Positions 45,472-55,702 of a DNA stretch of 64,000 nt are shown here, piece after piece (the first letter of the stretch is position 1; each line of letters starts with the position of its first letter). This DNA is from Bacteroidota bacterium (lineage in GTDB: Bacteria > Bacteroidota > Bacteroidia > NS11-12g > UBA9320). The notes beneath the pieces are model-generated. The model was not told where the DNA came from, did no database searches, and was given only the letters and a program-made list of their open reading frames with translations. A program made the position numbers and the translations under genes. The DNA is taken from contig CANIKO010000013.1 in NCBI GenBank assembly GCA_947468275.1, positions 43,721-107,720 on the forward strand, read 5' to 3'.

Positions 45472-47571
45472 CTAATAAGTTCCGTTTCTCTTCCTGATAA
45501 ACCATTCGGCACTTATCAAAAATAGAATTAAAAAAAATACCCACTTTTGATGAATGAGGTCGCGATAATCTTTTTGTTCATACATCACAGGCTTCACCGT
45601 TCCGTGCTTTTTTATCAGTTCAGCCAATTTATCCAATTCCGTAAAAGGCACAAATTTTCCGCCGGTGGAGGAAGACAATTGTTTTAATAAATCATGATTA
45701 GCTTTGGTTTCAATATGTTCTAGTTGTAAGGGTTTTACAATTAATAAACCTTTGGCTATTTCAGAATTTCCGCCATTAATTACTCGTGCTAAATAATTAT
45801 AAGTTCCAGGAGCCATAATACCAGCATCCAATTTATAAGCATTGGTTGTGCGGCTAAAATTGTAGGTATAATTTTTACCCTTTTCGTTGGTAAGGGTTAG
45901 TTTCACTTCAGGTTTGTTTACCAATTCATAACTTTGATTATAATACTCAGCATTGAATTGCACCGGTTCATTTTCATAAAATGTATTTTCTACGGCGTAC
46001 ACCCTAAATTTCCGTTTATCATTCCGTGCCACTAAATATTGAATCGATTTGCAAATTAGATCATTGCTTACCTCATGGTTATTATTGCGATCAAAATCTA
46101 TTAATCGCCAACGCCAGAAACCTTCCCCGGTAAAAAATCCGTATCGGTTATTATCATTGTCATTAAAATAAATTAAAGGTTGGTCGGTCTTTACGCTTCC
46201 TATCTGCTGATAAACCATGATCTGTGTTTTATCTTTAAAACTAAAATTACCAAAGGCTACCGAAAACGGAGGAAAATATGGAACATTGGATTTTAGTGCG
46301 TCAGTAGTTTCAAATAAGTTAAAATCCTGATTAATGATACCTGTAGTTTGGTTATACCCACCGCCGGTTTGATTAAATGTCAATCCAACTTTCAGACTAT
46401 TAAATAATGAGAGATTTATTTGCCTTCCTAAAACAAAAAGTAACGGAATTTTTTTAGCTTTTAACCCTTCAATTAAGGGTAAATTATTATTACCTACTGG
46501 CAATTGATGCAATATTACCAAATCAAACTCTTTTGCTTTGTCAAGCGAAGGATTCCCTGTCATATCAACCTCTACCTGATAATTTTTATTGGATTCAATG
46601 GCTTGCCTTATGGCTGAAATATCAGGATGAGGACTTCTGGCGGCAATCAAAACTTTTTGACGGGCATCTATCACTTCAATAAAAAAATCACGTCTATTAT
46701 TAAACCATGTTACCTCATCCTTTAAATTAGTAAGTATAGCAGAATAATGAATTACTCCAAGTTTTGAGGCTTCCAAATCCACTGTTACAGATTTAAAATC
46801 ACTCATACTTGAAGCGTTAATGCGAGACTCAAAAACTTTATTCTCCCCGTTCAAAACGGTTAGTATATAAGTTTGTCCTGCACATTTATCAGCCTGAACA
46901 TCAATTATTGCAGGAAAGGTATTATTCAAATAGGCAATTGAATTGGTCCTTATGTTCGAAATTTTAAGGTCTTTTTTGGTAACAGTATCTCCCAAACCTA
47001 CTGTAAATACGGGGAATCTTGTATTTTTGGAGGCATAAACAGGATTGGTTCCCTTATTATAAATTCCATCGGATATCAAAACCATTCCACCTACATTGCT
47101 GCCCGAATAAACATTGTTCACTTCTGCAAACAATGATGAAATATCGGTCTGCTTAGCATTAAAATCAGGTCTATCTTTTACCTCAGGCTTATCACCAAAA
47201 AGATAAGGTTGTACTTTGATTTCATCGCCTATTTGTGTTTGAAAGTTTTCAAAAAAGTCAGTTAACTTTTTGCGATAAATAGCGGAATCTGAACTATTAA
47301 TAATCGATTCAGAATTATCAATTGCTAAAACTAAAATTGGTTTTTCCACCTTGCTACTTATATATTTCAGCAATGGATTGAGCAATAAAAAAGCAATTAT
47401 ACTAACGAAGAAGAATCGAATTCCCGCGATAATCCAAGTCCATAGTTTTTGATTTTTATCAAATAAAATATTATGTCCCTGCCCATAAAGCAAAAATGCA
47501 TAGCCAGCTCCGGCGGCTAAACAAAACAAAATGAACCAAATTGGGTACTCGGTAAAAAACTGGACCGACAT
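45472..47571 (-). CDS. Membrane protein with a BatA-like N-terminal double-TM region and a vWA-like domain
   Basis: The ATG at 47571 gives MSVQFFTEYPIWFILFCLAAGAGYAFLLY. A second TM follows, then a MIDAS-like ILVLAIDNSES (DxSxS). There is a C-terminal TM (WVFFLILFLISAEWFIRKR). Confidence 0.55.
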   Translation of the reverse strand: MSVQFFTEYPIWFILFCLAAGAGYAFLLYGQGHNILFDKNQKLWTWIIAGIRFFFVSIIAFLLLNPLLKYISSKVEKPILVLAIDNSESIINSSDSAIYRKKLTDFFENFQTQIGDEIKVQPYLFGDKPEVKDRPDFNAKQTDISSLFAEVNNVYSGSNVGGMVLISDGIYNKGTNPVYASKNTRFPVFTVGLGDTVTKKDLKISNIRTNSIAYLNNTFPAIIDVQADKCAGQTYILTVLNGENKVFESRINASSMSDFKSVTVDLEASKLGVIHYSAILTNLKDEVTWFNNRRDFFIEVIDARQKVLIAARSPHPDISAIRQAIESNKNYQVEVDMTGNPSLDKAKEFDLVILHQLPVGNNNLPLIEGLKAKKIPLLFVLGRQINLSLFNSLKVGLTFNQTGGGYNQTTGIINQDFNLFETTDALKSNVPYFPPFSVAFGNFSFKDKTQIMVYQQIGSVKTDQPLIYFNDNDNNRYGFFTGEGFWRWRLIDFDRNNNHEVSNDLICKSIQYLVARNDKRKFRVYAVENTFYENEPVQFNAEYYNQSYELVNKPEVKLTLTNEKGKNYTYNFSRTTNAYKLDAGIMAPGTYNYLARVINGGNSEIAKGLLIVKPLQLEHIETKANHDLLKQLSSSTGGKFVPFTELDKLAELIKKHGTVKPVMYEQKDYRDLIHQKWVFFLILFLISAEWFIRKRNGTY

Positions 47572-47717
47572 GAATGGCAAAAATAGCGTTAACCAATTGA
47601 ATTTTTTTCGCAGATTAAGGTAATTTTTCTATTCCAACAGCACTTTAATATAATTACTTAAACCTCGATATTCATAGGAGATTTGTTTTTTATAATTTTT
47701 AACCCAACTTTGTAACA

Positions 47718-48197
47718 ATGAAAAAAATACTGTTAATCGTAATTGCTTTTACAAGCTTTTTTGCAAACGCTCAAAAAATAACTGCGCTTGATGATGAAAA
47801 TGGATTTAGAATGATGCACTTTGGTGACAGTCTTTCGCTTTATCCTGCTCTAAAAGCTTTTGAATATACCAAAGATAGTAACTTCATTTTTTACAGAAAA
47901 ACGGATGAAAATTTCACTTTTGCAGGAGCTAAAGTGGATATCGTTTACACATTTTTTAAAGGCCAATTATCAACTGTTTTCATCCATTCTATAGATTCAA
48001 TGGGTAGCAGAAAAATCCTAAAGTCTCTGCAAAACTCCTATGGTCCGGGTCATCAGCAGGATAAATATGTAGAAACCCATATTTGGAACGGCCGATTGGT
48101 TACTCTTTCTTATTATGAAAACATTAATGACTTTTTGACCAATGTGTATATTAGTTCCATAAAAATGCAACTAAAATCTCAAGGCAGGGATAAATAA
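47718..48197 (+). CDS. Hypothetical secreted protein
   Basis: It has the signal peptide MKKILLIVIAFTSFFANAQ. I recognise no family. Confidence 0.45.
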   Translation: MKKILLIVIAFTSFFANAQKITALDDENGFRMMHFGDSLSLYPALKAFEYTKDSNFIFYRKTDENFTFAGAKVDIVYTFFKGQLSTVFIHSIDSMGSRKILKSLQNSYGPGHQQDKYVETHIWNGRLVTLSYYENINDFLTNVYISSIKMQLKSQGRDK

Positions 48198-48205
48198 TAA
48201 ATTGT

Positions 48206-48239
48206 AATTCAATTTTTTGAATTGCGATTTGTTTTTTTT
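48206..48239 (+). terminator. AT-rich hairpin (AATTCAA TTTT TTGAATT) followed by a T8 run downstream of the 47718 gene
   Basis: The 7-bp stems are at 48206-48212 and 48217-48223. The T-run is at 48232-48239. Confidence 0.4.
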
Positions 48240-48282
48240 ATAATTAATGACTTTACTTTGTTAAAAAAATAATACAATAAGT

Positions 48283-50535
48283 ATGAAAAAACATCTACTT
48301 CATCAATTTCTTTTAGTTCTTCTATGCCTTCTTTTTAGTAATTTTTCGAATGGGCAAGGAATCCCCGAAATATTATACTATAAGTTTAACAATACGGGAA
48401 CATCTGTTCCTAATCTAGCGAGTTCACCACCTTCTGGCACTTCTAATGGAATCGTAAATGGAGGACTTACCATAGGAGGGACAGTTGCATGTGGCAGTTC
48501 AGCATTAATTGGATCAGGCGGAACAAGTAATACCGATTATTTGGATACCAAATGGGCAACCTCTACTTCCGGTTCTTGGACGATATCATTTGTTACCGAT
48601 AGTATTTTAAGTACCACAACCTTGTATTATTTATTTAGTGATATTACTTCGAGTTCATTGCGATGTTTTACAGGCGGCGTTGCAGGTGCCGGAAATTGGA
48701 TAATTAGAGGCGGCTTTAATGATGTATTAATAACTGGAGGAGCTTCAACAACACCTGCAGTAAATACAATTGTATATGATGCAGCTTCCAGCAATTTTTA
48801 TGCTTATTTAAATGGAAAATTAGTAAATACTGTGGCACAAACCAGTTTCACACAAAGCAGTACCGGAACATTAATTTTATCAGGTTATAATTCTTTAAAC
48901 GGTTTGACTCCAAGAGGCAAATTAGACGAGTTTAGATTTTATAGCCATGCTTTAACTGCTAAAGAAGTTGCAAGATTAATGTACACAGGCTCCTCCAAAG
49001 GAAATGTTAACCTTGTGGCATGTGGAACCTCATTTAAAAGCCCAAGCGGAAAATTTACTTGGACCAAAAATGGAACCTATTACGATACAATACCTAACGC
49101 CGTAAGTTGCGACAGTTTTATGACTATAAACCTTAGTTTTAAAAGTCATTCCTATGCTACTATCAATCCGATTGCCTGTGATTTTTTTGTTGGCCCTAGC
49201 AAAACTGCTTTTTGGACTAAATCGGGAATTTACACGGATAAAATCCCAAATAAAGCAGGATGCGACAGTATTATCACAATTAATTTAACCATTAAAAACA
49301 GCACTAGCACTTTACTTAAACTAAGTAAATGCGATAGCTATAAAAGCCCAAGTGGAAAATATATCTGGACCACTTCGGGGAAATACTATGATACCATTCC
49401 TAATAAAAAAGGTTGCGACAGTTTGATTACGATAACACTTACAATGGGCAAAACTAGCACTAATTCCTTTTCAGTGAAGGCATGCGACAAGTATAAAAGC
49501 CCAAGCGGAAAAAGAACTTGGACGACTGCAGGAACTTATAGGGATACTATTGTGAATACATCAGGCTGTGATAGTATTTTAACAATTAATTTAACTTTGA
49601 ATAAAAGCACAGCTAAAGCTATTACGGTTAAAGCGTGTAACAAATATAAAAGCCCGAGTGGAAAATACACATGGTTAAATTCAGGAACTTTTATGGATAC
49701 AATCACTAATAAAAAAGGTTGCGACAGTCTAATTACGATCAATCTTACTGTAAATAAAAGCACTTACGTTCAAATTAGTCCGATTACCTGTGGAACCTAT
49801 ACTAGCCCAAGCGGAAAATATACCGTCAATTATACCACCTCATTTTTCGACACCATTCCTAATGCTAGGGGGTGCGATAGTATTATTTTGATTGATGTAA
49901 AGGTTTACCCCAAAACTTCTGCCACCATTTCACGTACTGTTTGCAAAAGATTTATTAGTCCAAGTAAAAAATATATTTGGACCATTTCGGGAAAATATTA
50001 TGACACCATTCCTAATCGCAAAGGGTGTGATAGCTTAATTACAGTTAATCTTACTATTAATAATGTCACAGTGGCCGTTTCGCAAAAAGGCCCACGATTA
50101 ACTGCATTGGCTGATGGTGTTAATTATCAGTGGTTAAATTGCACCACTAATTATCAAAAAATATCAGGGGAAATCAATAAGGAATATATAGCTACGGCTA
50201 TAGGAAAATATGCAGTTGAGGTAACCGAAGGGTCTTGTGTTGACACATCTATATGTCTTGATGTAACCAATTTACCCGTTGATAAATTCAATAGTAATAA
50301 CTCGCTTTCCGTCTTCCCTAATCCTGCAAACGGGCAGTTTACAATCTCATCAGGCAAACCTTTAAATAATGCATCTATAAAAGTGGTAAATGCTTTGGGC
50401 GAACTCATAATACAAAAATGCAATGTCTTTGGAAGCTCGGTATTTATTGATATTTCAGGCCATAGCAATGGAATATATTTTATCGAAATAAGCGAAAAAG
50501 AAAATTCAGGTAGGGTAAAATTGATAAAGTATTAA
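48283..50535 (+). CDS. Secreted protein with a LamG/ConA-like N-domain, seven 51-52-aa two-Cys repeats and a T9SS type A CTD
   Basis: It has a signal peptide and a LamG-type motif (GKLDEFRFYSHALTAKEV). The repeat consensus is C.KYKSPSGKYTWT.SG.Y.DTIPNKKGCDSLITINLT. The CTD is LSVFPNPANGQFTIS...NGIYFIEISEKENSGRVKLIKY. Confidence 0.65.
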   Translation: MKKHLLHQFLLVLLCLLFSNFSNGQGIPEILYYKFNNTGTSVPNLASSPPSGTSNGIVNGGLTIGGTVACGSSALIGSGGTSNTDYLDTKWATSTSGSWTISFVTDSILSTTTLYYLFSDITSSSLRCFTGGVAGAGNWIIRGGFNDVLITGGASTTPAVNTIVYDAASSNFYAYLNGKLVNTVAQTSFTQSSTGTLILSGYNSLNGLTPRGKLDEFRFYSHALTAKEVARLMYTGSSKGNVNLVACGTSFKSPSGKFTWTKNGTYYDTIPNAVSCDSFMTINLSFKSHSYATINPIACDFFVGPSKTAFWTKSGIYTDKIPNKAGCDSIITINLTIKNSTSTLLKLSKCDSYKSPSGKYIWTTSGKYYDTIPNKKGCDSLITITLTMGKTSTNSFSVKACDKYKSPSGKRTWTTAGTYRDTIVNTSGCDSILTINLTLNKSTAKAITVKACNKYKSPSGKYTWLNSGTFMDTITNKKGCDSLITINLTVNKSTYVQISPITCGTYTSPSGKYTVNYTTSFFDTIPNARGCDSIILIDVKVYPKTSATISRTVCKRFISPSKKYIWTISGKYYDTIPNRKGCDSLITVNLTINNVTVAVSQKGPRLTALADGVNYQWLNCTTNYQKISGEINKEYIATAIGKYAVEVTEGSCVDTSICLDVTNLPVDKFNSNNSLSVFPNPANGQFTISSGKPLNNASIKVVNALGELIIQKCNVFGSSVFIDISGHSNGIYFIEISEKENSGRVKLIKY
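49015..50090 (+). repeat. Tandem coding repeat array, 7 units of about 153-156 nt
   Basis: I counted the units from the translation (52, 51, 51 ... aa from Cys to Cys). Several units share long near-identical nucleotide stretches, for example tataaaagcccaagYggaaaata and aaaaaaggttgcgacagt. Confidence 0.85.
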
Positions 50536-50537
50536 GG

Positions 50538-50638
50538 TTTTTTAACACGGAGATACGGAGAACACAGAGAATCTCAGAGCAATTAATTATTTTTTCTCTG
50601 CATTACTCCCCACTCTCTGTGCCTCCGTGTTTAAAAAA
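50538..50638. repeat. Long imperfect palindromic intergenic element (REP-like) between the 48283 gene and polA
   Basis: The outer arms AACACGGAG (50544-50552) and CTCCGTGTT (50623-50631) pair perfectly. The inner arms are CACAGAGA/TCTCTGTG and CAGAG/CTCTG. The element is flanked by T6 and A6. Confidence 0.7.
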
Positions 50639-50688
50639 TCCAACTTGAAACCTACACGGATTAATCCTAATTTTACCCTCTAATTTCT

Positions 50689-53532
50689 ATGGAAAAAAAA
50701 TTGTTTCTACTGGATGGTATGGCCCTTATTTACAGAGCCTACTTTGCCTTTAACCAAAATCCAAGGCTCACAAGTAATGGGGTAAATACCTCGGCAGCAT
50801 TTGGATTTACCAATACCTTGCTTGATATTTTACGAAAAGAAAAACCAACCCACATCGGGATAAGTTTTGATACCGCTGCACCAACCGAAAGGCATATAGA
50901 ATTTGAAGCTTACAAAGCCCACCGTGAGGCAATGCCGGAAGATTTACGTTCCAATATTCCATTTATCTTTAAAATTATTGATGCCTTTAATATTCCAATG
51001 TTTAATATTGATGGATATGAAGCCGATGATGTGATAGGTACTTTGGCCAAAAAGGCGGCTCAGGAAGGATTCGTAACCTACATGATGACCCCTGATAAAG
51101 ACTTCGGGCAATTGGTGGAAGACAATATTTACATATACAAACCACCTCGTATGGGTAACACTTTTGAAATTTTGGGAGTAAAAGAAATCTTGTACAAATG
51201 GGAGATTGACCGGGTGGATCAGGTCATAGATATTTTAGGATTATGGGGCGATGCTGCTGACAATATTCCTGGAATTCCTGGCATTGGTGAAAAGACAGCG
51301 AAAAAACTAATTCAGGAATTTGACAGTATTGAAAACCTTTTACAAAATACCGATTTGTTTAAAGGCAAACTTCAGGAAAACCTTATAAATTTTGGCGAAC
51401 AAGCTTTGCTTTCGAAGCGATTGGCAACAATTAATATTAATGTCCCCATTGATTTTGACGAAGTGTCGTTGCGCAATGAAGAACCTGATGCAGAAAAAAT
51501 TAAAACAGTTTTTGCAGAACTTGAATTTAAAAATCTTACGCAAAAAGTTTTAGGAAATAACTTTACCCAAAACAATAAAATCAACGGCGTTCCATCAACC
51601 ACTGCAAAAACGACAAAAGCAGACAAAGCTTCAGCCAACGGACAAGTGGATATGTTTGCCATTCCATCGCATAGTGCCGAAAATTTAGCAGAAGAAATTA
51701 TTGCTGCCAATGAAGATTTTAAAACTATTGAAAACACAACACACACTTACCATTTAGCTGAATCAGAATCAGAAATAAAAGAACTTTTAGCTGAATTTGA
51801 TAAGCACAAACAGTTTTGTTTTGATACCGAAACTACAGGATTGGATGTATTAGTAGCAGAAATTGTGGGACTTTCAGTTTCCTTTAAAAAACAGGAAGCA
51901 TGGTATGTTCCTTTTTCGGCAAATCGCAATGAAGCTCAAGAATTGTTGAACCGCTTTAAGCCTTACCTTGAAAATGTAAGCATTGAAAAAACAGGGCAAA
52001 ATATAAAATATGATTTGGCCATACTTGCCAATTATGGTATAGAACTGAAAGGGAAATTATTTGATACCATGCTGGCCCATTATCTATTGGAACCCGACCA
52101 AAAACATGGAATGGATATTTTATCTGAAAAATATTTAGGTTACAAACCGGTATCAATTACCGAATTGATTGGCAAAAAAGGTAAAGACCAACTTAACTTT
52201 CGTGAAGTAGAAATTGAAAAAGCCAAAGAATATGCAGCGGAAGATGCGGATATCACCTTTCAGTTAGGTGAAATTTTCAGGCCAATGCTAAAAAATGAAG
52301 AAACTGAAACAGTATTAAATAATATAGAAATGCCACTCGTTCCGGTACTTGCAGCTATGGAACATGAGGGTGTAAAAATTGATAATTCGGCTTTAAAGGA
52401 ATTATCCATCCTTTTGCAAACCCAAGCTTTGGAAACAGAAAAGGAAATATATGAACTGGCCGGAGTAAAATTTAATATAGCCAGTCCCAAGCAGTTAGGT
52501 GAAGTATTATTTGATAACCTGAAACTAGACCCAAAAGCCAAAAAAACCAAAACCGGTCAATACCAAACCGGGGAAGAAGTGTTGAGTTTATTGGTAAACA
52601 TTCATCCATTGCCACAAAAGGTTTTAGATTATCGTCAGGTTCAAAAATTAAAATCCACTTATGTAGATGCGTTGCCTTTGCTAATTCACCCTTTAACAGG
52701 ACGAGTTCATACATCCTACAATCAGGCTGTGGCAGCAACTGGCCGACTAAGTAGTAACAATCCAAACCTTCAAAATATCCCGATACGAACCGAAAAAGGA
52801 AAGGAAATTCGCAAGGCTTTTGTTCCAAGAGATGAAAACCATATTTTACTAAGTGCCGATTATTCGCAAATCGAATTGCGGATTATTGCTTCCATTAGCA
52901 AAGACCCCGGCATGATTGAGGCGTTTAATAATGGAATTGATATTCATACCGCCACAGCTTCCAAAGTTTGGAATGTGCCTATAGACCAAGTGGACAGTGA
53001 CATGCGGCGAAAAGCAAAGACTGTAAATTTTGGAATTATTTATGGCATTTCAGCTTTTGGTCTTTCGCAACGGGTAGGCATAAGCCGTGGCGAAGCCAAA
53101 GAAATTATTGATAATTACTTTGAAAAATTCATTGGTATAAAGCAATACATGAGCGATACCATTAATTTTTGCCGAGAGCATGGGTATGTGCAAACTCTTG
53201 CAGGTCGCCGCCGTTACATTCGCGATATTACCAGCAATAACCGCACGGTGGTTGGATTTGCGGAGCGAAATGCCATCAATGCTCCCATACAAGGGAGTGC
53301 TGCCGACATGATAAAACTGGCTATGATTGAAGTAGACAAAAAATTAAGGGAACATAAATTTGAAACCAAAATGATACTTCAGGTGCATGACGAATTGGTG
53401 TTTGATGTGCCAAAAAATGAATTAGCCGAAGTAACGCCGGTAATTATAAAAGCCATGGAAAATGCCATGAAACTGGAAGTTCCGGTGGTTGTGGAATCAG
53501 GAAGCGGGATGAATTGGCTGGAGGCGCATTAG
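50689..53532 (+). CDS. polA: DNA polymerase I
   Basis: 947 aa. It has a 5'-nuclease domain (LLDGMALIYRAYFA), a 3'-5' exonuclease domain (FDTETTGL) and polymerase motifs (DYSQIELRI, RRKAKTVNFGIIYG, QVHDELVF). Confidence 0.95.
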   Translation: MEKKLFLLDGMALIYRAYFAFNQNPRLTSNGVNTSAAFGFTNTLLDILRKEKPTHIGISFDTAAPTERHIEFEAYKAHREAMPEDLRSNIPFIFKIIDAFNIPMFNIDGYEADDVIGTLAKKAAQEGFVTYMMTPDKDFGQLVEDNIYIYKPPRMGNTFEILGVKEILYKWEIDRVDQVIDILGLWGDAADNIPGIPGIGEKTAKKLIQEFDSIENLLQNTDLFKGKLQENLINFGEQALLSKRLATININVPIDFDEVSLRNEEPDAEKIKTVFAELEFKNLTQKVLGNNFTQNNKINGVPSTTAKTTKADKASANGQVDMFAIPSHSAENLAEEIIAANEDFKTIENTTHTYHLAESESEIKELLAEFDKHKQFCFDTETTGLDVLVAEIVGLSVSFKKQEAWYVPFSANRNEAQELLNRFKPYLENVSIEKTGQNIKYDLAILANYGIELKGKLFDTMLAHYLLEPDQKHGMDILSEKYLGYKPVSITELIGKKGKDQLNFREVEIEKAKEYAAEDADITFQLGEIFRPMLKNEETETVLNNIEMPLVPVLAAMEHEGVKIDNSALKELSILLQTQALETEKEIYELAGVKFNIASPKQLGEVLFDNLKLDPKAKKTKTGQYQTGEEVLSLLVNIHPLPQKVLDYRQVQKLKSTYVDALPLLIHPLTGRVHTSYNQAVAATGRLSSNNPNLQNIPIRTEKGKEIRKAFVPRDENHILLSADYSQIELRIIASISKDPGMIEAFNNGIDIHTATASKVWNVPIDQVDSDMRRKAKTVNFGIIYGISAFGLSQRVGISRGEAKEIIDNYFEKFIGIKQYMSDTINFCREHGYVQTLAGRRRYIRDITSNNRTVVGFAERNAINAPIQGSAADMIKLAMIEVDKKLREHKFETKMILQVHDELVFDVPKNELAEVTPVIIKAMENAMKLEVPVVVESGSGMNWLEAH

Positions 53533-53545
53533 GAATTAGAAACCT

Positions 53546-55543
53546 TTATTTAAAAATTGTAATCTTTTGTGAAATTTTGAAATAAGAATTTTTAACCATC
53601 AATGTATAAATACCATTGCTAAGGTTCTGAACATCTATTCCATAATTCATTTCATCTATTTTGTAAAAAGACAAACCCACTTCTTTCCCATAAATATCAC
53701 TTAGATAAAAATAGAGATTTTCAGATTTCAATTCATTTCCAAATTGAACAGTTAATTTAGAATTTGCCGGATTGGGATAAACAACAAATTGAATTTTATT
53801 TTTAAAGTATAAGGAAGATGGTGATATTGAAATAGGCATTGAAAAGGTGTCAGTACCACAATTATTAGATACAACAAGTTTTGGATTGAAAACACCGCCA
53901 GATTTTGGATATTCATAAAAAGCATCCCTAGTCTTTGCGGTGACATTTTTATTATCAAATAACCAAGTATAACTGCAATCACCTGTTGAAAGATTCTTGA
54001 AAATAATCTTTGTATCAGCAATACTATAAGAAAAATAGGCTGTTGGCATACAATTATATTTCACTAAAGTCATAGAACGATTGCTTCCACTAGAATAATT
54101 AAATTCTCTTTTTCCTAAACCAAGTTCAGCATGATATGGGATATTGCCTCCAATATAAATATTTCCATTATTTGCTAAAATACCAGCAGGGTTTGAAAAT
54201 GTATAATTAGCATTAGGTTTAGTTGACAAATACCAAAGATCTTTTAATCGATTGCTAGTGGTATAAGTTGCAAAAAAATCAGATCTAACATCTATTGGTC
54301 TCGTTTTTAGATAATCCTTTGCAAAAACTGATGTTCCTTTAAATCCAAAATTCTGATTTCCACGAGTAGCAGCTGTTATTGAGTACAAGCTATCATTATA
54401 CACATCAGTAATATTGAGGTAATCATAACAGCTATCAAAAAAATTAATAAACTTGTGTTTTAGCGTTGCCGCATTGAAAACATTTATAAAATTATTATGA
54501 TAGGTTTGACTTAAATAAAAAGAAAATGAATCTGCACCAATTTTTATTTTACTTAAACCCAATCCTGCAAAATAGCTGTTCAATACCAGCGTACTATCGT
54601 TGCCTTTAAACTGAATTGGATTAAAACCTGCTAAACTTTGGTCATTCATTGAATGTTGAATTGAAGTAAATTGTTTAATATGCCCCGTAGAAGAGGCAAA
54701 CTCGGCAATAATGGTTCTACCATTTTTAGTAGAAGTAAAGACTATACTGTCTTTGTTATTATAAATTATTGTGTTTCCACCTATCGCTACATAAATGGAA
54801 TTGCGAGTTTCATTTATATATAGATTTGTAACCGATGAAACTCCTTCGTCAATCCACTCCACCCCATTGGTATTATTTAATTTCATCAAAAATGATACAC
54901 CATTTGCTGATTTATTTTTTGCTATTGATTTGCTATTAAATACTAGGCTATCAAAATAACCTCCTCGAATAAAAATATTTCCAACTTTATCAATGGCTAT
55001 TTCATCAATACCTCCTCCTTTGTAATTAGAAAATGGATAAGAAGTTATATAATTGAGATTTGTATCATAAATTATTAAGAAAGAAGCCGGGGTGTTTATA
55101 TCCTTTTTAATAATTTTTTTCCAAGGCATAGTCATATTAAATCTAATACTATCACTGGTTGTAGAAAAGCTACAATAAATAAAATTATTATGTTTATTAT
55201 AACAGATACTCTTTACATATTCTTGCGCATCTCCATTCGGTGTTTGTATTATTTGAGAATTTTTAACTTCTAAATTTTCATCAAAACTAACTAAATAAGC
55301 ATCTGAATTATTATTGCTACCTGTAAGTATAGTTTGGCCTGTACTTGTTACACCTACATTTTTAGAACATGTTCGACTTGATAAAATTATCTGATTATCA
55401 ATATTTGCCAGATAACAAATAGGTAAAAACACTTGACTATTCACTTGTCCCTTCGCGGTCAATGTCTCTAAAGTTTCTAAACGCTGAGCGTTAATAACAC
55501 TAGTATGATAAAATAACAAGAGCAAGATTAGAACTTTTTTCAT
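53546..55543 (-). CDS. Secreted protein of unknown function with a PKD-like domain and a T9SS type A CTD
   Basis: It has a signal peptide and a PKD-like segment (FKNLSTGDCSYTWLFDN...NPKLVVSNNCGTDT). The CTD is FVVYPNPANSKLTVQF...NGIYTLMVKNSYFKISQKITIFK. Confidence 0.6.
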   Translation of the reverse strand: MKKVLILLLLFYHTSVINAQRLETLETLTAKGQVNSQVFLPICYLANIDNQIILSSRTCSKNVGVTSTGQTILTGSNNNSDAYLVSFDENLEVKNSQIIQTPNGDAQEYVKSICYNKHNNFIYCSFSTTSDSIRFNMTMPWKKIIKKDINTPASFLIIYDTNLNYITSYPFSNYKGGGIDEIAIDKVGNIFIRGGYFDSLVFNSKSIAKNKSANGVSFLMKLNNTNGVEWIDEGVSSVTNLYINETRNSIYVAIGGNTIIYNNKDSIVFTSTKNGRTIIAEFASSTGHIKQFTSIQHSMNDQSLAGFNPIQFKGNDSTLVLNSYFAGLGLSKIKIGADSFSFYLSQTYHNNFINVFNAATLKHKFINFFDSCYDYLNITDVYNDSLYSITAATRGNQNFGFKGTSVFAKDYLKTRPIDVRSDFFATYTTSNRLKDLWYLSTKPNANYTFSNPAGILANNGNIYIGGNIPYHAELGLGKREFNYSSGSNRSMTLVKYNCMPTAYFSYSIADTKIIFKNLSTGDCSYTWLFDNKNVTAKTRDAFYEYPKSGGVFNPKLVVSNNCGTDTFSMPISISPSSLYFKNKIQFVVYPNPANSKLTVQFGNELKSENLYFYLSDIYGKEVGLSFYKIDEMNYGIDVQNLSNGIYTLMVKNSYFKISQKITIFK

Positions 55544-55702
55544 ATTTCATTTCTAAAACACAATACTAAGTTAATTTATCTAACTGAAATTTTTTAGTTA
55601 AAATCTATCCAAGCTTTTTAATCATAAAAAACTTTTAATTCAAAAGAAATTGAAAACAATAGGATTATAACCTAATGTATCCATGAAATATCTATAAAAA
55701 CC

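Noticed and set aside
45472-47571. Calling this gene part of a Bat (Bacteroides aerotolerance) operon
   Set aside because: Only the BatA-like N-terminal double-TM pattern and a DxSxS vWA motif are visible. No MoxR ATPase, DUF58 or batB-E neighbours are present.
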